Below are positions 28,801 to 41,472 of a stretch of DNA of 64,000 nt, one piece after another. Each line of letters opens with the position of its first letter. Position 1 is the first letter of the stretch. This DNA comes from Trichoplax adhaerens. Its lineage: Eukaryota; Animalia; Placozoa. Location of the stretch: the NCBI RefSeq assembly GCF_000150275.1, contig NW_002060959.1:804371-868370 (forward strand). The letters run 5' to 3'. Below the pieces are notes generated by a model that had not been told where the DNA came from, did not search any database, and saw only the letters and a list, made by a program, of their open reading frames with translations. Made by a program: the position numbers and the translations under genes.

Positions 28801-31750
28801 TCACTTGAACAATATGTAGGCCAAAGCTAATAAATGCTTGCCATCATTTACCTTTGATGATATAAAATCAATATTTTCACCAATATCATTCGTCAACGAG
28901 ATTATGGCCATTATACATTGACTTACTATATTCTCACTCTATGGTCCCGGTGCTTGTAATAACAATGGTCCATTAGAATCACTTTTTCACATTAATCCCT
29001 CTATCTTGGTGATTAGCGGTTTAATACTAATAATCCAATTATCTATTTTAATTAGCTGTGTCAATATAGCATTATTAATTAATAATTGAAAATATCAGTT
29101 AAAGTTAAAGTTGATATGGATCATGGCTCGATAAAGTTGAATAATTGAGTATTCACCGCGTTATATAGCTATGGAATACTGCCAAATTGAGCGTTTTATG
29201 TAGCTAACATTGCCTTTTCTTTTCAAGTGGAAGCTATTTAGAATATAATCTGCTATTCTACCGTTGGGTTGATCACATTTTATTTATTTACTTTGTTTCC
29301 CTTAACTGCCATGAGCAATAGGAATGCAATTATAATTATTAAATTGATACTTATTTACAATCTTATTACAATCCTTTCATAAGAATGTGTTGCATATGCA
29401 TGATATAAAATGGCGAAGATGAAGTGAAGATGATTAGGTCAATACTTTCTACCTATAAATGCTTGAATGATGGATCATAAATGTTTTAAAACTTTGATTT
29501 AAGACCGTCTTTGATCAATTCATCAACGATACACCTCTTGATATCTTTCAGCGTTATTAGTACGATTGCTATGCACTTTTAAATTTGAATCTAATAAAAG
29601 AAACCCTGCCGACATTATACTAATCTTTTGATAAAGGAATAAAAAATTAATTATCTCAGAATAATGCTGATTATCGATCTAGTGTTATCGAAACAAACTT
29701 TCATCCTCAAGTTATTCATTAATAATTAAATTTGAAGTAAAAGTACTTGAAAAATCTTCGCTGTAGTACCCATATTTTAAAACCCTTATTATATCACTCG
29801 TTGACTACAACGGAATGTGTTTATCATTATTGAATTTACTTAAAATAATTTCATAGTAGTCGTTAAGTATGCTAAATGTTGGAATGATTTGCTTTAAATT
29901 ATTAAGTTAAATGAATTGCGCATAAATATTAATCAATATACCGATCATAGCATTTGCAATCTTCTATGAAAATGAAGGACGATTTATATACCTTCTTAAT
30001 GAAACAGTCTCACTGTATATAAACCTAAAGTGGATAAAACCTTGATTGACAGTCATTTTTGTTCGCCTAGAATTAGATTTCATACAGCATTATCGCACTA
30101 AAGTAATAGCTATTAGAAATACGATGTATGCTTAAAGGGCATGCAATTATTTAATAGGCCATACACCAACTGATTCAAAGGGCAACAGTCGCTATGCTAA
30201 GATAGGCTAAAACTACTTCAAAACCGTAAATTTCACTTATGCCTTTAGATAATTTTAGAAACATAATTGGGATTTAGTAAAAATTTAATCAGAAACCAAT
30301 TTTAAAGGCAGTTAATTCCCTATTCCATTCGCGGGCACGATATCATGCGATAAAAATCTTTTCAATCTTAAAATGCCGCTTTTCCATTGGCATAGGATAA
30401 AGATAGAAAATGATCCAGTCTTTATATCTGAACGAGACCGGATGCGAAATCGGTCATTTTGCAAACTGCCCTATAATATAGTTATATTTCTACTCTATCT
30501 CGTTAGTGTACGTCCATATAATCTACTACTATACAGTTATACGTATACTTGCACAAACTTGCACAAATCTCACGACGTGACATAAAAGCTATTTTATAAA
30601 TATTTAGCGCGATCTAACTTTTCAAATTCGGACGAAAAAAATAGCATAGCTGTATATATATTGCTTCGGTTGTCAAATGAGTCGTACTCGGCGTCGTTCC
30701 ATCAGCTCAAAATCGATGAAATTATTGAGACTGAAAACAAAATAAAATTGCTATATTTCAGGACAGCAAAATGTGGCTATCCTAGCGGCAAGTCTAAGAT
30801 GCAGAATTCTTTTATCGTTTATCGAACGCTGTATTCTATTCCATGCCTATCAAAACGGACATTGTTTAAGCCGAATGTTTTCGTAAAAGGGTAAAAGTTC
30901 TATCATCGATACCAAATATAGTCCAATATAGCGAAAAAGTACGCACTGATACGTTTTTGATGCATTAAGATCACCAAAGGGACGGTTATAGGATTAATTA
31001 TGTCTATTTTATATTTAGTTTCTAAGCGATTAGAAAAAAAAGAATTTTGCTACGCTCTGTGAGTCATTTTGTAAAAAAGTCTTCATTTTGTGCTATAGGT
31101 ATGTATGTCAGATTAAATTAGTAAAATAGAAAAACGGATAAAGAAATTCATAGATGGACGATAATATACTGAAGAAAAGTTGGGATAAAAATGGAGCGTG
31201 TTTGGAACTGACTTGAATGAACAAGACAGCGTCAAAATAATTATTGCACCATCTAAATTCAGGCGGTAACTCCTATCTGCCTTTGATTAAATCTAGCAGA
31301 CCAAGACATGGATGAGATTGAGAGGATAGTAAGCTGTAAATTGTGGAAAATTTTATCTTGGATATTTTAATCAAATTATTTACCTCCTGGATAATACAAG
31401 CTTTGCGGAATATTGTCTGTTCGCCCAGTTGCCATCGAGTTTGAAGACAAGCCATGCATGCAAGAGTGTAGAGATGGTTGAGAAGCCAACTGCTGTTGTG
31501 CTATGTAAGATGATGTTGGTAATGAAGGTGGAGGCTGAATAGATCGAAATGTTCCATCATGATTTAATTTGTTCATGGCAGATGGATAATAAGGCGAAGC
31601 TGAAGGCAAGGACGGCTGCATTTGCTGGGAGAGCGTTCGATTCCAGTTGTAGTTATGTAGTAATCGATTACTTTTTACTGAATGATCATCATGAGGATAA
31701 GGATAGTGCCCATTTTGATAAAGATTATGAGATGATGATGGTTGATACAT
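22871..31750 (-). CDS. HHEX: Hex/HHEX (PRH) homeobox transcription factor, 4 coding exons, 236 aa
   Basis: Exons 31750-31384, 24490-24282, 23217-23169 and 22956-22871, all GT-AG, intron phases 1/0/1, total 711 nt. Homeodomain RKGGQIRFSVNQTTDLEKKFETHKYLSPNERKLLAARVKLTEKQVKTWFQ|NRRAKWRRLK has the Hex-diagnostic RKGGQ.RF arm and VKTWFQ. The Pro/Ser/Gln-rich N-terminus and acidic C-terminus (ESDNSDIEDKESLSDDDDD) are as in HHEX. Joining exon 1 across the 6.9-kb intron rests on phase and composition. Confidence 0.92.
25588..25760. repeat. Local tandem duplication (~88 bp x2) in Hex intron 1
   Basis: TGATGTCATACTATAATATATCGATTATG...TATGACTATTGTAACAATT...TGATATGCT is repeated as TAATGTCATAATATATAATGTATCGACTATAG...TATCACTATTGCAAAAATA...TGATATACT. 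Confidence 0.7.
27446..28023 (+). repeat. Dispersed repeat, copy 1 (~580 bp, unclassified, probably a non-autonomous TE)
   Basis: Co-linear similarity to 54955-55497: TGTAGTGATGCACC.TATATTTGATTATA..GATAGCTATATT...ATAGTTAGGTT...GAATAGAT.TTA.CG.GAAGCTA; later GAACAGCA.AGA, TTTGAGCT..GAATAC, AATTAATTATT.CTC.ACTATT and TTGTGAGA. Confidence 0.85.
28045..28415. repeat. Local direct duplication (~155 bp x2: 28045-28205 and 28268-28415)
   Basis: TTTCTGCATTT.TA.AG.TTT.CCTTAAAA..TAAGG.AT.C.GA.GATCAATTTTGAA...AAATT...ACAAGAT.AA.TGTA.AAATTATTTCT...TGAAAT.GTT.AAC occurs twice. Confidence 0.8.
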
Positions 31751-34700
31751 CTTGAGGAATACTGGCACTTAAGTTCTATATCCAGCAGCTAGTGCAAATT
31801 AAATTTTAAGAAATCAAGTTGGTTGATCGTTATAACGGTATCAATTAAGTAATATAATTTCGCTATAGCCACTTGTAAGACGGATAGCCTTCAATTTGAA
31901 AGAGGATTGACTTTAAAATTACAGCATTTCCAAGAAATATGAATACGGAAATAAGTAGCTGGTAAAGCCAATTTTTCAGCAAGATTTTAAAATTCTAAAG
32001 AGATGAGAGTTCAATATAAAAATAGATCAATTCTGTATTCTTTAGCCGAAGTAAACTGCGGTCATCACCACTCAAATTTGTTCATGTACAGAAACTACTG
32101 TACAACCAACTTGGAAATTGTTCAATTTTGCGCAAGTAGTCAATTTGGTTAGTTAACTATTATCAATGTTCAGCTCTAATTTATCTAAATAGTCAATGTA
32201 TCGACAAATCAGTTATTTACTGGGGTAGTTAAATTTATAATATTATACATGGTTAATATATCTTTAGCAATAGTGATTACTGATATCTACAAGTTATGCG
32301 GCTGTAATAATGAAGAACTAAGCGCTAGAAACAAGTAACTGCTAAGTAGTTAACTTTAAACTAAAGTACTCAATAACAGGACAAATCTATTTAACCTATT
32401 TTCTCCTCTTTCTTTGTTACTCTACTTAAATTATGGAAGAATAATTGCACAGTAGCTAGCTATCGAGCAGTTATACTCCATTGTTCAACAACTGTCAATC
32501 ATATAACTTAATGTTAACAGAAATTCAAGTTTGATTACCGTGTGCAAACATATACAGCAATGCAGTGTAGGTATGGATTGAGAAAATAGAATGTAAATTA
32601 CATGGATTACGCACAATTTTAGGTGCATGGTACATAATGATAATAGAGATTAATAAATATTGTAATGATGATTTTGTATCGATTTGAAGGCAGCTACTGC
32701 ATGCAGTATGAACGGTTAGTCGATCAAATTAGAGATAAAAGAACCTACATCATAAATTTTGCAGCCTCCGCAGCCGCTAACTTTATTTGATGTGAAAAAC
32801 GTCATACCGCGCTTGATCTGGAGCCAGAATGATTGCATAGCTTTAATTGTCGGTGTTACAGTGTACTATGCAAATGAGTTGCCGAAATATCAAATACTTT
32901 TCTACATATTTTCTGTTTAAATTTTAAGCATCAGAGTATACTATCAGACGCTATTACCCGAATATAACAAGAAAAATGAAACACATTCATTTTTTGCTAA
33001 ATAGGTTCGGCTGCTTGAATGATATTGTCTAATCATCCGATCATTTTATAATTTGAATACGCTGTAAATGAAAGTATATGAATGAACTTGTTTATTGCTT
33101 TGACTTTGAGACGGAGGTATGCATTACAGTAATCTAGAACCAACTGGAAAAGTTACGCAATCTTCTTTGGCATTTTACAATATTATCACAAAAAAGCATC
33201 GGAATGCATCCGGAAGTGTTACTATCATAATCGCCTTGATGATAAAATTACCTTCAAGAAAGTGCAAGGTATGCCCTTAAGTCTGGCAATTAAAAATTGA
33301 TCATGTAGAACAAGAAAATAATTGATCTAGAATAGCAAATCCAGACGCGCTGGCATAGTGTAGATAAAATATAATTGAATTAGTTAGTAAAACTACACAA
33401 GATTACCTGCAACTAGTAGTAAGTTTTGGCTTTAATTTTAACATTTTATAAGCATTTTTCTTGTAATATATCTTAATATTATAGCGAGGACGTATATGCC
33501 AAATATTTTACGATTTTCGCTGAAGATAATTTGGATAAAAGTATCTGCTATATTTTAAGTCGAGAAATTAGTGAAAGCTTCAGTGTTGTACAGAAATGAT
33601 AGCTAGAAGCAAAAGGCTGTCTTTATTACGACTTAAAATTAGGTTAAAATCCTACGAGCCATACTAATATCAATGCTAATTGAATCTGTATTTATAGTTC
33701 GTATATTAGCTGGCAGAACTAATTTGGATACAAAAAGAGCTTCCAATAAAATATACAACTTTGAAAACTGTCATGATTTAAAATAATTTCGGTTAATGAT
33801 CCCTTCAATTGGTTACATTGGCTTTGCTACGCTATTATAATGCCACTAAAATTACGATCTTCATTAGTACTTGTTATTTTGGCACGCAGCCATCCATCTA
33901 CAGGAACTGAAAGTGGAAAAATTGAAAATGTAAATTATCCTTACATTACCTTACATATAAAATTATCAAAACGTCGAAAAGCAAATAATTATCTTGCATA
34001 TTAGTTTTGGTCTATTAATAGTGCGTAACATGCCATGATTTCTTCAAGAAGCTACAATTTCAAGGACATTTCGTCTATACCATGAAATGAATTGTAAAAG
34101 TAATAAAATATTTTTGGCTTTGTACTGTGCCAGAATCAGTGCATTATATACCAACAGGTATTAAATCCATTTAGTAATATAGCATTATCTACATATTACT
34201 ATTTCAATCTTAAGTATTCGAGCATAATTTTTAAATTTATTTCAAATAAATTTTCTTTAAGATAAACTGAAATTCCAGCAATTGGTGTTGTCTACTGTAT
34301 GACTTAATGTAAGGAATATGAAGAGACCAGCATCAATAATACCAATTTACTAGCAAATAATTGCAATTTAGAAATTGATGCTGTGGTATACATTACAGCA
34401 TTTTACCGTCATATTGTGATTAATTGTTTCATAAAATAAAGAAGCTAACTCTAAATGACAGTATTTTATAAGCTGAAATTTATTAATTTAGGAAATTTAC
34501 ATTAGGCAAGCCAACGATTTTAGGATTCCGAGTCGTTTTCACTTCCAACCAATATTACCAATCATTAATCTGACAATTTGCATAGACAATACCTTCTCAA
34601 ACTTGTTCTATTCTGAAAGGCTACCTTCAAATAAAAATATTAAATATAGTAAAGGGGAAGTATTTTAATCGTTAAGTGAATTAACAAATGTTAATAAATA

Positions 34701-37324
34701 CTTTATCCAGATATATAATACAGCCATTTTACTTCAATTTTCAGATTACTACAAGAATTTTTATTGATTAGCTCAGACCTGGTAGAGCTATACTGTATGA
34801 AAATAGTAAGATACATTAGTAACGTGAGTTGTATATATAGGCTATGTTTGGCTAGCGCGTACAAAAAATATCATAATCGTAATCCAATAAAAACGACATA
34901 AAAGGAATTCATTAAATTTGCACTAATGTAGCTAAAATTTACGCTCGTATCTTTCACTCCAGTTAAATGCATTGCTACTTAATTTCTGCCTTTGATCTTT
35001 TACTAGTATTAAGCATTTTATTATCAAATTATTGCATTAAGAGATGATGATGCCCATTACATCGATTATATTAGGCACTGATGATCAAAAAGTATACAAG
35101 AATCCGTACGTAAGACTGTGTAGTAATATAGATTAATAATTTCGCTTTATTCTTTTAACTCTATAATTGTTATATGATTTGAATTTAGCTGCCTACTTTC
35201 GCTAATTTAATATATACTTTTTGAGTTCTCTGAACGTCCTTATGCAATTTTAATTTTGAGGATATATGTTTAGTTAATAGATTACATAAGTCTTTACAAC
35301 CATTAGTAATAAAGCATATTTTGCTACATATTGCCATTCTCGTAAGCTAAGTAAGTGAGTAATTCAGTATTACGAGTAGATAAAAATTGAACCGACTAGC
35401 TGTCAAATTCCAGTTACACTTATGAGAACGTTGAGTTATAGAAATCACATATAGATTTACAAGTATGTAATTATACAATTGAAGGTTTTTGGGGGGCCTA
35501 CTATTACGAGCCCAAATAGCTTATATGTTATACATGGTTGGTCATAATCTTAGTCAGGAAATAAAAATTAAAATAGTTAAGGAAAATTACGATCTAATTG
35601 CAATAGCTGTAATACCACATACTGTGGAGCAGTTATGAGAGTGTATTATACTTCATTTACCATGCACAATTACTGTAGTAAAAGTTCAAAGTAATGTCAT
35701 ATATCCTATCAATTTTAAGGACCTACTGCATTATTGGTATAAAAAAATTCGTGAATTCAATTTATTACAAAATTACTTACTTGCACTATGTAATGAGGAT
35801 TATAATTATTACTGATACTTATAAAGCGTCAATAACATCAATAATTGTAGTGCTTAAATTAAAAGAGATTTTTCACCTTGCTTTATGCAGATATACGCAT
35901 ACATGTGCTGTATGAATTTCTGTTTTATGATACAAGTTGATCATCGTGCAATCATTATACAAGTATGCCGTATGGCATCTTGCCATCGTTGTCAAGATTA
36001 CAAGTATTGTTGAATTTTCCTTGTTTTATATTGAATTTACATTGATATTACACCAATGCTAAGTATAGAATACAAAATAATCTCAAAAATATCAATATTT
36101 CCGCTATGCTTTCTGAAATATATCATAGATAATGACACAAATAGTACACCTACTACAATTGACGCCTACTGAAAATGTAATCAATGTGACGAATAATATT
36201 TAAGATTGTTTGAGCGCTGCAATGGCAAATAAAATGAATAGGTTAACAATTTTTATATCCACAGTAAGCATGCCCATAAACTCTACCAGTGAAATCCCAA
36301 GTTTGTATCAATACATTAATAGATCGATGAAAAAAATAACTCTTGTAACATTATGGTGTCTCAAATGTTGTTTATCAGGGCTACTGCATCAGTAAATTAT
36401 TTGTAAAGTAATCGTAATCAAAGAATACGCAGTAAATTATTTTTGATGTAAAAATATTTTCTCAGTGGCAATGTTCCCTTAAAGATTGCATATATAATTA
36501 TCGATGAAATTATTAGAAAGATGATTTTAGTAAGTTAACGTTAACTGACTGTCACAAACCAGCTTCGTGACAAGGACAACGTAGAATAAATCTCTAAATC
36601 TCTAAAAATCTGCGGATTCAGTATCTCTACTCACAAGAATTTAGACGCCTTTGATTCTACATTAAACTCAACTAGACAATTGAGAACTACTTTATTCAAC
36701 CATCTGACGGGCTTATATACCATTCTACAGCAGCTAACATCCATGAGTTATCTTATAACAATACTTGGTGAGAACATCTACTAACTAATTTTTCAAGGTC
36801 GGACTAAAACATGTCCATTCACAGAATCATTTCAGTGCACCTTACAGCACAACATTAAATTTACTGTAACACATTTATAATTAGAGCAATTCCTATTTTA
36901 AGCAACTAGTTGTAATATATTATCACTATATTATATTCACCAAATTTAGATAGCTATTTCTTCAAGGTAGTTCGTACCGTGACATTAACACAAGAGCTTA
37001 TAACCTGACAAACCTAATACGGCTAAATTATTGTTTTAGTCAGATAGCAGAGTTCTCTAATACGGCTCTTCGATTTGATTTAGAGATAAAATAGATTATA
37101 ACTTCATAGTAATTACTAAATTTTCTTGACCTTGCAAGTAGTATTAGTTAATATTATATTAGTTCCATGAATGATCTACTACTAAGCTCGAATAAAAAAT
37201 ATTTAGTAATTAAATTTGAAATATCTTAAATTAATACAACAAAGTTAATTCGTAACCTATATCAGCTCTTGTTTGTTAGTGTAACTGAGCTACCAGTAAT
37301 TAGATCGTGTTAAGAACTTAAAGA

Positions 37325-37582
37325 GCTATAAATCTTTTAGTTCTTATTGACGAAATGCTATTCATTAGACTTATTTTATCGATACAATATGAGTTTGAAC
37401 AAATGAATCATAAGTTGACTTGCAAGCAATAAAGTATTCGCCTTTATCGGTAAGTAATTACTTACTTACTAGTAATTAAATCGTTGCATAAGCTAAAAAG
37501 TAACTCTAAATCATTCAATTCTCATCTATGAAATGCTATTGATTAGGCTTGATTTTATCGATACGAAATGAGCTTGAATGAA
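37325..37582. repeat. Local direct duplication (~80 bp x2)
   Basis: GAAATGCTATT(C/G)ATTAG(A/G)CTT(G)ATTTTATCGATAC.A.ATGAG.TTGAA at about 37352 and 37530. Confidence 0.75.
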
Positions 37583-39490
37583 CGCTAGTGGATTACAATC
37601 ATAATAATAAATCCTTAATAGTTGTGTCCATGAAGACATAACTGCTATAATCTTTTGATTTTGTCCCGGAAGTGAGTAAGTGTTCACTATTTAGTAGAAT
37701 TTTTTGTGCGAATGTTTGAGCTTCTTTAGAAATTTAAATACTTTTGGAGGTATCGTGGGATCGATGCAGCTGCTCAGGCGTGGTGTATAGCCAAAAGTTC
37801 AAAATGAATTGACAATGAACTCTGATCCTTTTTTGCAGGAACATGCAAAAGAACTACTTAAATTTAGCAATATAACTATAAGTTTTTCTAGGTAGCAAGA
37901 GTAAGGCAAGATTAATGTAAGCCTTTATTCAAAAATTATTTATGTACTTAAATGATAAAAAGCAAGAGCCCAAGATTGTATTTCTTGACCTCATTTAGTT
38001 TAATACTACCGAATTTATTTAATAAAAGGTTATAACAATGTAAATAAATTGTTTTGTACACAAGATATTAAGAATAACAACTATTTTAAATTAATATATT
38101 AACACTAATATTTCTACAATTACCAAGAGTAATTAATTCGCTAATTTAAAACGGTGAATGGCAAACTTTTAATTGATTAGCGTTATAGCTACTTTAATTA
38201 ATTCTATTTAATCAACAACTCGTTTATCTATTTGGTTAAAGGAGAAAATTTTTATTACTATTTTCTTTAATAGGATAAAAAAGTTAGTTCGTTAAATAAT
38301 AAAAAATCAGACCATTTTATCGGAGTTACTTCCATTAATAGGCTATGAAATATACAGCCTGTTTCAATCGATAGATTTACCATAATCATATACCTGAGCT
38401 CATAAATAAGTAGGCATAGTCAAGAAAACTAGGCTATACATATCCGCAATAGTTCTGGATCAACGTTAAGCTACCAATGAAAAGTTAGATTGAGAGCTCC
38501 CATTAGCCATGCATAATGATATATGCGTTTATCTCCTATAAATCTAATTAAAACGAGAAGTTACAGTAATTATTTGATTAGGCTCTACGTGACAATAAAT
38601 GATAGCATGATTATAATTACTGAATAACGAATAAATTATTTACATATCAAGAAAAATACAATCTCATAATCAGTTCATTACCACCATGCCATGAATTACG
38701 TTTTTAATTAAAGCTTATTCAACAACCAATTCAAAATTCATTCCTCTAATTTATAAAATTAGCTATTTATCATAATAAATAACTATCATTTCTTAATTAA
38801 AGCCGTATTACATTTGCATCGAATGATTTTAATATAAAGTCACTTGATCTTGTATTGCCAAATAAAATTAGCATTATTAATAAAACGACGACATACTATA
38901 ATTCTGAATATTATTGCAACATGAAAAATAAAGGGCATCTCTTAAATTGCACACTATGAAATTATTCCATAATTCTGTGATTCATAAAAAATGGAGTATG
39001 CAAATAAATGTACCGATAACATATGCTATACAATGCTGAAGGTACTTCTTGAATAAGTGAAATAGTTGAAATATTTCTCTGGAGCTCGATCACTCATTAC
39101 TTCAATCTTAACTTTATTTGCAAACATATCATTGATTGTATATTTGATAAATAATCTTTCACCTTTGCAGCTTGAGCTTAGTAGCTCAAACATCGGTGAT
39201 TTTATACTTACAGTAGCGATTCTAGCCTCCGATAACAAGCTAGACGTAAGCATGATAATTTCTACAGCACAGTTAAATTTTTAAAATATAAAATGTATAA
39301 TGCAATAAAAATTAAGAAATTATTTTCATTACTTTGGCACATGCTGTATCGCATCTGTTACATGCATTCCAACGGCACCTTAATTTTCCCTATATAATTA
39401 TGGGTACTGTAACGTCAGTAATTTAAGCCACATAATTATAATACTGTAACCAATAAAGGTAAAAATACTTCGTAGCATAGCACAGCTAGC

Positions 39491-39745
39491 AAGTTCTCGC
39501 ACATTACCCGGACAATTGATATTTAATTCAAGCAATTCATGCTTAATTTAGCTATCAAACTGGTGTGGCCTATTTCAGCTCCTCATTTCAGATTGTTAAT
39601 AGGTAAAAGTACTCCACAATATACCATAACTCGTAAGCTCTCGCATATTACATTAACATTTAATATTTATTTCTAGTGATTTATGTTTGATTTAGCTATC
39701 AAACTTGCTTTTGCCTATTTTAGCCCCGCGTGTCTGATTATTAAT
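39491..39745. repeat. Local direct duplication (~110 bp x2)
   Basis: AAG.TCTCGCA.ATTAC...ATATTTA...ATTTAGCTATCAAACT...GCCTATTT.AGC.CC...GATT.TTAAT at about 39491 and 39635. Confidence 0.75.
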
Positions 39746-41472
39746 GGATTTGATATCATAAAGTCCGATTTTCCAACCAGCTAGCTGTTTGTCTTCGTAA
39801 ATTCTACGCAGATTATTTCCTGTGTAGACGTTGCCATTTTAAGTTTTTTTAATTCGATTTACATATGATCTAGAGTTCCACAGTACTGCTCGGTGAAAAT
39901 TCAACTAGCTTTAGGTGTAATTATGACTGCTTTTACTCTTTTCAGCTTCAAAGTAGCCGCGTACAAGTATTATTTCATATTATGGCTTCAGAAAATCGAC
40001 AGTGGTTATTGCATTTCGCATATAATAGTTAGTGCAATAGAAATCGATATCGGATTAATTATGGTTATTAATCATATGCAGCTAAGAAATTAACGGATCA
40101 AAGATTCTGGACATTGACTTTTAATTTAAACGGGCTAAAAGCCTCTAATATTTAAACTTTTTATTTTGTAGTTAAATTTAAGAGGTAGTTCAAATAAATG
40201 AAATCTGTCTATAGTTCCTTATATAATAACTATTTTAAAACGATTTTTTATATTTAATTTTATTGCGCTAATTCGGTCTACTTTTATTGGATAGCTATAA
40301 TCTTGTTTCAATAAATAAATCTAAATTTTATTTATAGTTAAATGGATACGTTCAAGTATAGGAAAGTATTATAATATTGCATATACCCGTATATACTGTA
40401 CTTAACGTTGATCATGATAAGAAACTCTAGTAACAAGTTAAGCAATTGCCCACGGTAGCAACTGCTTAGTATTATTACTTACTCTAACATGAAATGATAT
40501 TTGAGTGGGCCTTGATAAATTATAAAGTAAATAGCACAAGTATATACAGACCGTATAAAGTACACGAAATACTGTATAACTAGCGTGGATTCTAATATTT
40601 ATAGTAACGGTTCCTCTCGATAGCATTTTATAATTTCCATTAGTTTTACCAGTAAAATACAGTACTATAATTTTTTCTTCTTACCACAGAACCCTAAAAT
40701 TATTCGATAATGAACCTCAGAATGCTTAGCCTAATGAATACTATAGTGATAATCTAGCAATAAGACGCAACTGACGATAGAATTTCTCTATATTATAGAA
40801 AACTTAAGCAGCTAACAAGTTAACTCTATTAGGAGGCAAGGGTTATTACAACGCTAATACTTCTATTTTACTATGGTCAGCGTACTTATAGCACCAAAAT
40901 TCTCTCGCAATATAGTAACAAGGATAATGGCTAAAAAAATGTTAGAATTCGTAAATCCTTTTAATTAGTTAAAAGATTACGTCGAATTTATTAAAAAGAT
41001 TACATTTGCTTGAGTGGTTAAAATGAGTTTTTACAAATATTTATAGATATGTAGGCATCTATTGAAATTAGGAGCATTCCAAGTTTTTACCTGGATAACT
41101 GAAATGCGTGATAACGAATTTGTTCGTCTCCGGCTTATAGCTCTAAAAGAAGCTATTTTAGAAATGAACTATCTTTTTTATACAGTATTCTAAAGTTAAT
41201 ATTTCCTGCTCGTTTCTTATTAGGAGATTTCATACATCATATAGCCACTATCTGATCGTTATCAGATAACTTTTTAACTTCAAAGAAAATTTATCGAGCT
41301 ATAATACTATATACTGATTAACTCAAGAGAAACTAAGAAAAAATTTTCATAGTGCAATTAATTAACTTTATGATACGTCGCTCATTACAAAATGACACCA
41401 GAAACAGTCGATATTTCTATAATTTTCAACAATTCCATTTTACGTGCTTAATGGTCGTTATACAGTCAATGA

